This document shows, piece after piece, positions 25,401-37,859 of a stretch of 64,000 bases of DNA (positions within the stretch are counted from its first letter, which is position 1; each line of letters begins with the position of its first letter). Under the pieces are notes generated by a model. The model ran no database searches and was not told the origin of the DNA. It worked only from the letters and a program-made list of their open reading frames with translations. The translations under genes and the position numbers were made by a program. Source of the DNA: Macrostomum lignano (taxonomy: Eukaryota); assembly GCA_002269645.1 (NCBI GenBank), contig NIVC01003580.1:1-64000 (forward strand). Reading direction: 5' to 3'.

Positions 25401-28400
25401 CCACTGCCACCCCGCCGTCTGGCTGCCGCCCGCTTCAGACCGGCCGTTCCGTTCCAGGAATTCTCTCAGGTGGTGGGTCAGCCGGGCCATGCAGTTGCTG
25501 CGGGTGAGCGACGGGTTGGATTGGGATTTTAATGCAGTGCGGAGAGAGGTCAAAGTGATGGTGAGGGAGACTGTAGTCAGAGTGATGAGGGAGACTGGTC
25601 AGAGTGATGAAGGAGACTGTGGTCAGAGTGATGAGGGGGAGACTGTGGTCAGAGTGATGAGGGAGACTGCGATCAGAGCAGTGATGATGCGAGAAACACA
25701 GAGCCCAGTGATGATGGGAGAATCACAGAGCCCAGTGATGATGGGAGAATCACAGAGCCCAGTGATGATGGGAGAATCACAGAGCCCAGTGATGATGGGA
25801 GAATCACAGAGCCCAGTGATGATGGGAGAATCACAGAGCCCAGTGATGATGGGAGAATCACAGAGCCAAGTGACAGTGAGGATGGGAGAATCAGAGAGCA
25901 CAGTGATGATGGGAGAATCAGAGAGCACAGTGATGATGTGAGAATCAGAGAGCACAGTGATGATGGGAGAATCAGAGAGCACAATGAGGATGGGAGAATC
26001 AGAGAGCACAATGAGGATGGGAGAATCACAGAGCACAGCGATGATGGGAGAATCAGAGAGCACAGTGATGATGTGAGAATCAGAGAGCACAGTGATGATG
26101 GGAGAATCAGAGAGCACAATGAGGATGGGAGAATCAGAGAGCACAATGAGGATGGGAGAATCACAGAGCACAGCGATGATGGGAGAATCAGAGAGCACAG
26201 TGATGATGGGAGAATCAGAGAGCACAGTGATGATGTGAGAATCAGAGAGAATCACAGAGCACACCGTCACCAACCGGAAGTGCTGGTTCCGCTCAAAGTC
26301 CTGTTTAATATGATTAGGCTGCAGATGGTCCACCTCGGCAACAAGAGCAACGCCCCGCGCCCTCCCCGGCTCTTTAATAAGCTTTTCATAGGCCAGAATG
26401 AGGCGGTTGTGATGGTACAGAAGCGCACCGTAATCGCCGTGGCCATCAGGCAGGAAGCCGATGAGCATACGGCAGCGGTAGTTGCCGCGCTGCTCCAAGC
26501 GGGCTTCCTCTGTGGCGCTCAGTTTAGGCGAGTAATACTCGAGAGTCTGACGGGTGAGCAGGCGCTGCAGTGGCTGCGATTGAACTGGCTCGCCGTTGAT
26601 GCGAATGCTCATGCGCGGCTGCAGGTACAGGATGGCCAGGTAGGCGCGGAGAGACCGCCTGGTGTGCGGCACCGGAGGCAGGTTGTGCATCTGGGGAAGA
26701 TTTGATGCGGTTGGGGAGATTAAGATGGGATTGAAGGATCTATTCGCCTCTGTAGGGAATTTTAGTTTCTTTTTAAAATCAATCACATACCTACTAGTAG
26801 ATTGAAGCATTTCATTTTTAGTATTGGATTTGGGATCTAGGACTGCGACTGCATTCAGGATAATTACAGGAAATCAGAAAGCTTATGATTTTTTTACATC
26901 TAGGGAGTTAGATCACCCGAATTAAGATGGGAATCTTCTGTTTGGGATCGGTGGATTGGGATCTGGGGTTTAGGATCGGTGGATTGGGATCTGGGGTTTA
27001 GGATCGGTGGATTGGAATCTGGGGTTTAGGATCGGTGGATTGGAATCTGCAGTTTGGGATCGGTGGACTGGGATCTGCAGTTTGGGATCGGTGAATTAGT
27101 ATCTGCAGTTTGGGATCGGTAGATTGGGATCTGCAGTTTGGGATCGGTAGATTGGGATCTGCAGTTTGAGATCGGTGGATTGGGATCTTCAGTTTGTGAT
27201 CGGTAGATTGGGATCTGCAGTTTGGGATCTTCGGATTGGGATCTTAGGTCTAGGATCGGTGGATTGGGATCTGCAGTTTTTGATCGTGCTCTTTTTAACC
27301 TCGGGGGGGGGTCATTTGATAAAGCTAATTAATTCCCACAGACTCCGTCACGGAGATGGGGACTCAGGCCAGTCTAGCGCTAACCTGCAGCCGCTGCGCT
27401 GGGTTCAGAGCCGCGGCGGAGACGGTCTCCGAGCAGATAATATCGCTGCGGTCAGTCTCGAAGTCGAGCTCCAAGCCAGCCTCTGGATCCTCGCTGCATC
27501 GCTTCAGATTGTAAATGAGGATTCTAGTCCCGGTAACTGGGATAACGTCGAACTCTTGCAATAGCCGGTCCAGATTGCCGTTAAACAGCGGGCAGTGCTC
27601 CATCATCAGGGCCAGAGACTGGTCGCTGTCGGCGTTGTTGACATCAAGCGATTCGTCCAACCAAGAGGCGATTGGCAGCACAACCGTGTCAGCACCGACT
27701 GCGGCCAGGAATGTCTGCGACAGCATGCCAACCGACTTCAGCATGCGCGCACCGTCAGCTGACCAACGCTTGGTAAATACCAGGGCGTCTTTGCCTGGTT
27801 TATCATGCGGGGTGCAATCGTTGGAGTTTTCAATGGAGTTTTGAAACGTTCAAACGATACCCCATTTGGTACTTCAGGGGTGTTGCTAACCTCATTTGGT
27901 ACTTCAGGGGTGTTGCTAACCTCATTTGGTACTTCAGGGGTGTTTCTAACCTTATTTGGTACTTCAGGGGTGTTGCTAACCTCATTTGGTACTTCAGAGG
28001 TGTTTCTAACCTTATTTGGTACTTCAGGGGTGTTGCTAACCTCATTTGGTACTTCAGGGGTGTTGCTAACCTCATTCTGTACTTCAGGGGTGCTGCTAAC
28101 CTTATTTGGTACTTCAGGGGTGCTGCTAACCTCATTTGGTACTTCAGGGGTGTTGCTAACCTCATTTGGTACTTCAGGGGTGTTGCTAACCTCATTTGAT
28201 ACTTCAGGGGTGCTGCTAACCTCATTCTGTACTTCAGGGGTGCTGCTAACCTCATTCTGTACTTCAGGGGTGTTTCTAACCTCATTTGGTACTTCAGGGG
28301 TGTTGCTAACCTCATTTGGTACTTCAGGGGTGCTGCTAACCTCATTCTGTACTTCAGGGGTGCTGCTAACCTCATTCTGTACTTCAGGGGTGCTGCTAAC

Positions 28401-28939
28401 CTCATTCTGTACTTCAGGGGTGCTGCTAACCTCATTCTGTACTTCAGGGGTGCTGCTAACCTTATTTGGTACTTCAGGACGTTGCTAGCCAAAACCAAAG
28501 CTTCAGGAACTTTCGCAATCCTCAATTTTAGGGGAGTGCTATTCCTCATAACTAAACCATTCTCATATAAATGCAGTTTGAACTCACCAATGCGCATAGA
28601 ACCGGACTTGAAACCATTGCCATAGTGACCAATAGGTTTGTGGCCTCGCTGACCAACTTTGAAACAATATCCAAAGCTAAGCATATTATGCAGCTGCTCC
28701 GTGGTCATGCCAAGGCCATCGTCTGTGACTGACAGAACGTCCATCCCGTTAGACACGTAGTGCCCAATGTTCAAGTTGTCAGCTTGGCAGTCCGGATCGT
28801 AGGCGTTGTCAACCAACTCGGCTATGGCCGAAAATACCCACGAGTGCGAGGTGGAGTTCGTCATTAAATAGGCCGGACTAGTGCGGGCCGAGCGAAGGCC
28901 CTGCACTGAACCTGGCTGGTTATTATTGTTGTCTGCCAT
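22438..28939 (-). CDS. MORC: MORC family CW-type zinc finger GHKL ATPase (MORC3/4-like), 679 aa; exons 28939-28588, 27794-27385, 26690-26275, 25497-25251, 23052-22438
   Basis: SAIAELVDNAYD, DDGLGM and IGHYGNGFKSGSMRIG GHKL motifs; S5-fold motifs SLRAYLAILY and LQPNHIKQDF; CW finger WLECSRC..WHCALNPDAFFNTC; exon lengths sum to 2040 nt with consistent phases 1, 0, 2, 0. Confidence 0.93.
23120..25010. repeat. Mixed 32/33-bp G-rich minisatellite filling MORC intron 4
   Basis: Units GGGATTGGGGATAGGGATCACATGTGGGGAAA and GGGATTGGGGATAGGGATCACAGATGGGAATAA interleaved over ~1.9 kb. Confidence 0.96.
25555..26260. repeat. 27-bp minisatellite in MORC intron 3
   Basis: GTGATGATGGGAGAATCACAGAGCCCA and GAGCACA variants; the array degenerates toward the acceptor. 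Confidence 0.93.
26935..27280. repeat. 28-bp minisatellite in MORC intron 2
   Basis: GGGATCGGTGGATTGGGATCTGCAGTTT units. Confidence 0.92.
27862..28477. repeat. 30-bp minisatellite in MORC intron 1
   Basis: GGTACTTCAGGGGTGTTGCTAACCTCATTT, about 20 units. Confidence 0.95.
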
Positions 28940-31900
28940 GCTCCGGCGCTTGTTGTTAGTAATTTAAGTTTGCTGCTCGGTGCTGTCAATAAGTTTTTTT
29001 TGGGAGGGGGGGTTAGTATTTGTGGAGTGCTTTCACATCATAAGCTCGAAATTTCGTAACGTTAAAAACAGTAAAGCAAATTATTTCAAAGGTTTTTAAA
29101 ATTTCGACCTTAAAGAATGGTGCTTTTGACGTAAAATTTTGAGTTGGTGAATGTGAACCCCCCTCCATTATCTGAGACGCGTCGCTAGCTAGTCTAGAAG
29201 CTAAAAGCAGTCATGTGACATGGTGACACAGCTTGGTTCAATAAATACAAATAAGACTACTAAGACTGAGTGTCGCCAAGTAGAAAGGACAGGATGATTC
29301 CAAAATTTCCCTCAGTTAATAACGTCAGGAATAATGATTGAAGCTCTTGCTTGTGTTGCGGATGTTATTGTATAACGATAGATCAATGGTAAATAGCAAT
29401 AGCATAAATAACTTTATTCTTATATGAAACACACAAATCATAGAACATAGCCTCGTGATTAGATTAGCAACATATTATATCAATATGACTTAATTGCATG
29501 ATTAGTCATCTAACTAAACACTAACTGAACATTAAATAATATGACGTGTACGATTTAAAAAATGTACCGTAAAATGCGGTAATTTAGTGTTAGGGTGGAA
29601 GATGGTAGTCAAACTTTACTTAAAATCTTGGAATTTAAACTACAGGGGGTGTAGGTGTACCTTGTACGGAAGGATTGACCTTCAGTGTGATAATACTGTT
29701 CAAATCAATTAAATCAGATAAAACAAATTATTACAATGCTTAAATGTGTTCTTACGTGGTAGACAGATAAGATAGTAAGCAGACACGAACTCTGATATTC
29801 TGGTAATACGCTCGTATAATAGGAAAAACCTGTCGAAAATGATGAGATTCAATTGGTCTTGAACTCGTTTTCGTCGAACAGTTCAATTCAGAAATTAAAA
29901 AGGAACATCATCAGGACGGGTTAGAAAGAGTTAAATCTCTAGCCTAGCCTTCTCTCCTTTACTCTTCAGTCTTTATTAACTGTGTGGGGAGGGGACTGAC
30001 TGTACAGCTTATTTAACACGCAAGCGCTGGCGTGGCCTAAGCAAAAGCTAAATAAAGCCTAGCGCATATTCTTAACCAATCGCTGTTCTCCAGTCAGGAC
30101 CATTTAGCTTCAAGGTCACTTGAGAGGATCGATTAGCAAAACAGAGAGATAAGAGAATAGCGAATAGGGTGGAAGTGAGAGTTAAAGGCCAATGAGTCAT
30201 ACAATGCTTGCGACACCTCCCTCCAAGTCCAGAGCCCCCCATCGAGGACAATTTTATACTCGTAGCTCGAAGAGTGGCCCTTGTCCGACAGGCAGCGTAG
30301 ATACACTATATATAGACCACGCAGTAAGGCAGTCAGTGCCTTGATAGCTGCGAACCACGCCAAAGGCCAGAGCTAATCGCCGTCTGCTGCGAATTGTAAG
30401 GCAAACTCCCACTCTCCCAGCCAGCCAGCCACCCTACCCTAGCTTCCCCAGACATGAAGCCGATCGAGCATGTCTGTCTGGGACTTCCTCACTCCTCAAT
30501 CCAGCGGGGATGCCGCGTAGTCGAGGCGCTGGCTCGTGCACGGGGATCCCACACCCACACTCGGTAATGAAGTATTACTATTCCCTTTGTCTAGCTAAAA
30601 TATGCACATTGCACACTTCGAAATAGCAAAAAATTAAATAAACTGTTGCGATTTGTTGTGAGTGGCTGGCACCGCATCTTCAGTTCGCGGCGTAGTTGCG
30701 TCGTGTAACTCGTGAGTTGCATAATTTGAATGAGAAGTCGATGGCATTTTTGACAGTTGAGAATGAGAGTAAAAAATCTAAATATACTAAATCTCTAAGG
30801 TTTGTATGTTTGTCCATAACGCTCTAGAGAGAGCAATTCTTCACCGATTTTCATCGCGTTTTCGCTAAAATATCATTCTATTTTTGGCTGACTTGTTGGC
30901 CCCATTGTTGAAAAAGTATTTCTAAGGCGAATCGGCTTATAAAATTACCACTTAAATGTTTAGTTACAGTAATAAAATAGTATGTTCGTATATGTAGCTC
31001 GTACTTCGTAAAATAAATTACGAAAATCTCTAAAAGCAAGACCTTAACCTCCCAGGTCCATGGCAGACAAGCCGACACTGAGTTCTTGAGATCTTGATTC
31101 TCTAAAAGTGTCTCTTGTTTACCATTGATTAAAAAAATCAGAGAAGTCAACAACAAGCGCTTTTGCAAAAATGTAATGTCGGGCATTACAAAGGATCAAA
31201 ACTTGTTTTTAGCTTACTTATTATTATTCATGCAGCAAGAGAATTGCGCTCAAAACACAAACATTAGTCGGATCGGAACCGAGCCGTGTTATCAGAAAAG
31301 TGACGACAATTTACCGCATGGCAGGGCGGGGGCCAATGAGAGCCAAGACGAGTCACTCTTAAGAAAAGGAAGAGTAGGCAAAAAACCAAACGAAAAAGTT
31401 TGACGCAAAATTCTCAAACAGACGACAACGCAGTCAGAAAACGCAGCCTCGGGAGCTTGCTGGACAGGACAAAATGGAGAGCACATGTGAGTGTGTAGGC
31501 TTATCAGCAAAGCACAAGGATTAACCACGCAAACAATGACGGAATTTGAAAACTATAGCGAGATGTAGATCAATCAAAGACTGAAAACGAGGTGGAACAA
31601 AAGACAAACAAAGACACAAGCGGCTATACTATACAGGCACACTGTTACACTCGAGAAGCAACTCTGGCAGAGACATAGATACAGAAGTTGAGAATTAAAT
31701 TGTGAAAGACACGCGCAGGAGCAGACCAGTGCTACACGAATTCAGGCAGCAAAAAGAAAAGATAAAGATTTATCCCCCTCCCCAAATCCCAAGAAGCCGT
31801 GAGGAATCAGGACTTAGAAGCTCGTGGAACTTCAATGCACACACTTAGCGGACACGATGGAAGAAGCGGCTAGTCGATTTGAATTTTTATTTAAAAAAAG

Positions 31901-32820
31901 ACAACAGAGCAACAGAATAATAAAGCAACAGAAATGAGCTCGAGAACTGACTCTGAAAGGAAGGCAACTCAGGCAGCAGCACAATGCATACGTTTAGTAT
32001 CATACACAGGCAGGTGTGAAAGCAAAACAATTTAGATTAAGGAGATCAACAAGATTAGACAGACAGAAGCAAATATATAAATCAGTGAGCGAATTGGAAG
32101 GTGTGAACGAGCGAATGCAAGATAGGTAGAGAGAGAGATGGCTAGGCGGTGGATCACGAGAGCTGCAAATCCACAGAAACGATCGGATAACTTTTTAGAC
32201 AGACAGACAGACAGACACAAAGAGGAACGGAACATGAGCACTCTCCCTGAAAAAGCAGCTAGTTGCAATCAAGTACAAAATAGGAGTTTCATTCACACCG
32301 TTGAGGATAGTTAATAAAGTTATTTTTTGCCGAGCTTGTTTACTTAAAATCAGTAGCAGCAATCAGCCGATGACGGTGTTTGCGTATTTTAACAAAGATT
32401 ACAATAGAGAGAGACAAAACTGAATTCTAGCGAGCCATTAACTACTTTCGCAAAGATTTGCTTTTTTATATAAATTACGGGAAGCGGCTACATGTGGTAC
32501 TAATAGTATTATAATAATAGTTTATACGCAAACTTAACCGATGACGATAAAATAAACCCTGCGTTTACGAGTAGTTCAGACAATAAGTTAAGCGGGACAA
32601 ACAATAAATTAGTTTGGTTAGCAAGTTGGATATTAAAAAAAAACCAAAGAGGAATTTTTTAAAAAAATGTAGGATAATTAATCATATTTTAGCTTCTGAA
32701 TTTCTGAACTTTGGATAAAAAATGTAATTCCCTTCCTATTTATTAAATTATTTTGCCGATTAACCAGGCATAAAGCCTTCCTACCTATCGCTAGTAAAAT
32801 TAACAGTTGAGACAGAAGAC

Positions 32821-35800
32821 TCAGAAGCTAAACTTTGGAGCCTCCTGGCTATTGCCCGGATTAAAGGCCAACTGCTGCTGCGGCTCCCCGGTTGAGTCGG
32901 CCGGACCGGACACGGCTGGCGCCGTCACAACCGCCGCGCCCGGAGCGGCCGAAGCCTCTTCGGCGTCCACATCGTCGGTAAAGTACTTTTCAATAATGCC
33001 AAAGGACAGGCGATAGATCTCCTCGTTATCGTGCTCCTGCAGCTGCTCGATCTTATCTAAGCCGCCGCACTCTTCGATCATTTCGCAGACAATTCCAACT
33101 GCGCTATCGGCAGCTTTGAGAATGTTGGACAGGCCGTCCAGCACCACCTGCACTACTTGAGTGTCCTTCACTGTCAGCATGTTGCACAGGGGCGATATCA
33201 CGCCGGCCTGCACTACGCAGCCGATCTGTTGCGGGTTGCCAGATATTGTCAGATTGGAAACCGCCCAGGCTGCCTCCTTCTGGGTCTGGAAGTCGCCCTT
33301 GTCCAGGTGGTGCACAATCAGCGGTATTAGGCCGTGATCGATTACGGCCTGCACCTGAGCCTGGTGATAGATTACGAGTTTACAATATATATTGAAAGAT
33401 CTCAATAAAAGAGGGCACTTAAATGCAAACAAGATATTGTAAGTAATGTATTAGAGGTAACTAGAGGGCCAGTACGTTTTCAGGTGAGACCAGGATGTCA
33501 GGAAAGACCGTAGGATGTCAGGAAAGATAGTATAGCATATCAGGGAAGACCGTAGGGTGTCAGAAGTGACAGTAGGGTGTCAGAAAAGACAGTATAGTGT
33601 CAGAAGAGACAGTAGGGTGTCAGAAGAGACAGTATTGTGTCAGAAGTGACAGTAGGGTGTCAGAAGAGACCGTAGGGTGTCAGAAGAGACAGTAGGGTGT
33701 CAGAAAAGACAGTATAGTGTCAGAAGAGACAGTAGGGTGTCAGAAGAGACAGTAGGGTGTCAGAAGAGACAGTATTGTGTCAGAAGAGACAGTATTGTGT
33801 TGTCAGAAGAGACAGTAGGGTGTCAGAAGAGACAGTAGGGTGTCAGAAGAGACAGTATGGTGTCAGAAGAGACAGTATTGTGTTGTCAGAAGAGACAGTA
33901 GGGTGTCAGAAGAGACAGTGTGGTGTCAGAAGAGAAGACAGTAATATCAGAGGATAAAAAAGGTTGTCGAAGCAGAAAATAGAGAGGATACAACAGGGTG
34001 TCAGGGGAAGACACTGGAGGATATCAGCGGGTTGTCAGGGATAAAGCACCCGTTTCTGTTCTTACCTGATTTCCGGCGGTGATGTTGGACAGGAACCACA
34101 CAGCTTCCTTGTTGATTTTCTCTTTGCTGTGGGTGAGCAGCGCCGGGAAGAAGCTGAGCGCGCTGTGGTTGATAACAGTCTGTGTCTGCTCGTCAGTTCC
34201 CGTGACAATATTGCCAACAGCTCGCAGAGCCGCCGTCTGCACTTTAACGTCGGCGTGAGCCAGCAGCGGCACCAGGAACGGCACAATACCCTGATCGATG
34301 ACCATCTGGATCTGTTCGTTGCCACCGTCGGTTAGGTAGGACAGAGCCCAGACAGTGTCAACCAGGATATTAGTGTCAGGATGCTGAATAAGGAACAGCA
34401 GAGCCGGCAGCAGCTCCAGAATTGTGGCCATAGGCGGCGGCGGCTCCTTGTTGCGGCACAGATTGACAATCACCCAGGTGACATTGCGCAGAAATGTGAC
34501 AGGAATTTCTGGCCCAATAAACCGGAGCAGAGGTTTAACAACGCCCAGCGAGATGACGTAATCGCGCAGGTGCGGCCCGTCGCCGATGATGTTGCCGAGA
34601 GCCCAGACAGCCTGTTCGCAGACGTTTTGATGCGGCGAGGATAGCAGGTGCAGAAAGTGCGGTATGGCCCCGGCCTTGACGACAGCGTTAGTCTGCTGGC
34701 TGGTGCCCGAGGCGATGTTAGTGAGAGCCCAGGCCGCTTCGAACTGCAAGTTGGGATTATCCGAGCTCGACAGACATTCGACCAGAATTGGCAGGATGCC
34801 AGAATTGATTAGATCATCAATTGGCGGATTTCTATCCGAGCTGAGCAGCTTCCTGGCGTTCTGAACCGCCTTCAGTCTGGTGGCCTGATCCGGGCTGCGG
34901 GCGTCCGCCACGATCACACCGAGGCTGCCAACAGCCGGCGGCTTGTCGTTATCGTCGGAGTCGGTCATGCCGGAGCCGGCCGACTCGACCCCCGCGGCTG
35001 GCACGTTGCGCTTCTTCAACAGGTGCTCGTCGCGCTTGTTCTTGCGCAGCTCAACCTGAAGGATAGGAGGGACACAGTGGATGGAGATTGGGATTTTGGG
35101 ATTCTGATCCCTTCCCTAAATACCATTGGTACAACAGGATCTGGATCCCGAAATACCCCAGGCAGGATATGGATCCCGAAATACCCCAGACAGGATATGG
35201 ATCCCGAAATACCCCAGACAGGATATGGATCCCGGAATACCCCAGACAGGATATGGATCTTGGAATACCCCAGACAGGATATGGATCCCGGAATACCCCA
35301 GACAGAATATGAATCCCGAAATACCCCAGACAGGATATGGATCCCGAAATACCCCAAACAGGATATGGATACCGAAATACCCCAGACAGGATATGGATCC
35401 CGGAATACCCCAGACAGAATATGAATCCCAAAATACCCCAGGCAGGATATGGATCCCGAAATACCCCAGACAGGATATGAATCCCGAAATACCCCAGACA
35501 GGATACGGATCCCGAAATACCCCAGACAGGATCTGGATCCCGGAATAGCCCAGACAGGATATGGATCCCGGAATACCCCAGACAGGATATGAATCCCGAA
35601 ATACCCCAGACATGATATGGATCCCGAAATACCCCAGACAGGATATGAATCCCGAAATACCCCAGACATGATATGGATCCCGAAATACCCCAGACAGGAT
35701 ATGGATCCCGGAATACCCCAGACAGGATATGGATCTTGGAATACCCCAGACAGGATATGGATCCCGGAATACCCCAGACAGAATATGAATCCCGAAATAC

Positions 35801-36545
35801 CCCAGACAGGATATGGATCCCGAAATACCCCAAACAGGATATGGATACCGAAATACCCCAGACAGGATATGGATCCCGGAATACCCCAGACAGAATATGA
35901 ATCCCAAAATACCCCAGGCAGGATATGGATCCCGAAATACCCCAGACAGGATATGAATCCCGAAATACCCCAGACAGGATACGGATCCCGAAATACCCCA
36001 GACAGGATCTGGATCCCGGAATAGCCCAGACAGGATATGGATCCCGGAATACCCCAGACAGGATATGAATCCCGAAATACCCCAGACATGATATGGATCC
36101 CGAAATACCCCAGACAGGATATGAATCCCGAAATACCCCAGACATGATATGGATCCCGAAATACCCTAGACAGGATCTGGATCTCGAAATACCCCAGAAA
36201 GGATATGGATCCTGAAATACCCCAGACAGTATATGGATCCCAAAATACCCCAGACAGGATATGGAGCCCGAAATACCCCAGACAGGATATGGATCCCGAA
36301 ATAACCCAGAGAAACGAGACATGAAGGAATAGCCAAATACATAATCTAAAACTAGTAGATTTAGATACAAATAACATTAATCTGCAAATATTGAACCAGC
36401 GATTCCAACAAACCTGATTGTCTTGACGCCTGCGCCTCATTTCGTCAGCATCTTTGCCAGCATTTTTAAACAGAAGCTGGTGCCCACTGGCTGGGGCATT
36501 GTTTGCTCCAGAACTATTAGTGTTTGTACCTGGGAGATCTGCCAT
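32821..36545 (-). CDS. KPNA: Importin subunit alpha, alpha-3/4 (KPNA3/KPNA4) clade, 553 aa; exons 36545-36414, 35055-34066, 33360-32821
   Basis: IBB domain ([10 protein letters not shown]|[18 protein letters not shown]); ARM repeats ([43 protein letters not shown]); C-terminal [18 protein letters not shown] and PKFSF; all introns phase 0. Confidence 0.96.
33490..33945. repeat. 20-bp minisatellite (GACAGTAGGGTGTCAGAAGA) in importin intron 2
   Basis: Direct tandem units. Confidence 0.93.
35135..36305. repeat. 28-bp minisatellite (GGATCCCGAAATACCCCAGACAGGATAT) in importin intron 1, with 476-bp higher-order duplication
   Basis: The variant unit ggatcttgga recurs 476 bp apart (17 x 28); explains the many repetitive ORFs 35016-36545. 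Confidence 0.95.
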
Positions 36546-36971
36546 GTTTTTGTAATTGAATGCTCTCTAAATATATATGCGTTCTGGTTTCAAATTAAGA
36601 TGGATTCTGGTCATGCAGTAAAGGAAAAAAATGGAAATGCTAGATATAAAATATAATGGTTATGAGTATTTATAACATCTTGTTTTCTAATGTAAAATTT
36701 TCATAAAATACAATATTATATTACATCTAAAAAATTTAGAAGAGTGTTAATACTATAGCCATTGCCTTTATATATGTCTATATAAAAAATGTCAAAGTCA
36801 AAGTGTATAGTTTATAAGATAGTATTTTTAACAATTGGTAGGTCTATATAGCTATAGTTTAGTTCATAATAAGTAACTTACAAAGTGAAAATCATACTTA
36901 AAAGCCTTAGTAAGCCTTAGTCCAAAGGTATATTAAAGCAAAGATAAGATATATTTTTCATATATATATTA

Positions 36972-37859
36972 CGAGGGGTGTCCAAAAAGTAGTGATACTT
37001 TTAACCGTAGCTCTCGTTCTATAGCTTTCTGTGATTTAAAATTTTATGAACTGATAGCGGCAAATCTCTTCTACAGACTGCTTTTTGAATTTTTAAAATT
37101 GATACCAGAGAACAAAAGTTATACCCACGAAAGTAACAGTACCTGTACCATAGAGTTACACAAATTATAGGCTGAGCTTCACGAGATCCATGCTGAGTAA
37201 GCTTCGATGAATTGTTGATTTTGGCTTGTTCAACCTGTCAGCAATCTCTCTAATGGTCATTCGGGAGTCCTCGTCAAGAAGATTCAGAATGGAGTCCGCC
37301 AGTACATCAGGTCGATGAACGTATGGCCGCCCCATCCGATGCTGATCTGCCAAGTCAGTCCTTCCCTTGCTGAACTGCTCCATCCATCGATAAACTGTCA
37401 TTTTGCTGACTGCAGAGGATCCGTGCGCAGAGCAAAGTTTTGCGTAAATTTCTGAGGCTCTATGGCCAGTGCCCCAAAGAGTGAAGATGGTACTTTGCTG
37501 AGCAACAACTGAGTGCACATTTATGTGTGTTGTCAAGTATGGGCAATGAAATCATGAACGAATTGCAAAATGCAAGCTTGGGGTTTGGTATTGCTTAAAC
37601 AAGACATTTATCGATGCCTTCTTAATGAATGAGTGCAGAAGTCGACTATTATAAATTTCGATATAATTTGTGTAACTCTATGGTACAGGTACTGTTACTT
37701 TCGTGGGTATAACTTTTGTTCTCTGGTATCAATTTTAAAAATTCAAAAAGCAGTCTGTAGAAGAGATTTGCCACTATCAGTTCATAAAATTTTAAATCAC
37801 AGGAAGCTACAGAACGAGAGCTAGGGTTAAAAGTATCACTACTTTTTGGACACCCCTTG
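36972..37859 (-). mobile_element. Non-autonomous mariner element, 888 bp, TA-flanked, ~198-bp inverted repeats, truncated transposase ORF 37536-37165
   Basis: TA|CGAGGGGTGTCCAAAAAG...CTTTTTGGACACCCCTTG|TA; arms 36972-37169 and 37662-37859; the ORF has mariner HTH motifs (VSKMTVYRWMEQF, GRP, EDSRMTIREIA) and stops before the WVP motif and catalytic domain. Confidence 0.92.

Noticed and set aside
25623-28939. ORF-track proteins reading from MORC exons into repeats (369 aa and 395 aa)
   Set aside because: Read-through into stop-free intronic arrays; canonical phase-compatible splice sites give a normal MORC.
29915-29935. piggyBac-like end (GAAAGAGTTAA)
   Set aside because: No matching left end was found.
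30133-30560. 76-aa ORF and GC-rich structured-looking segment between MORC and importin
   Set aside because: No recognisable motif, ribozyme core or termini.
35016-36545. 509-aa and 439-aa hydrophobic-looking ORFs
   Set aside because: Importin exon 1 reading into the 28-bp intronic array; not membrane proteins.
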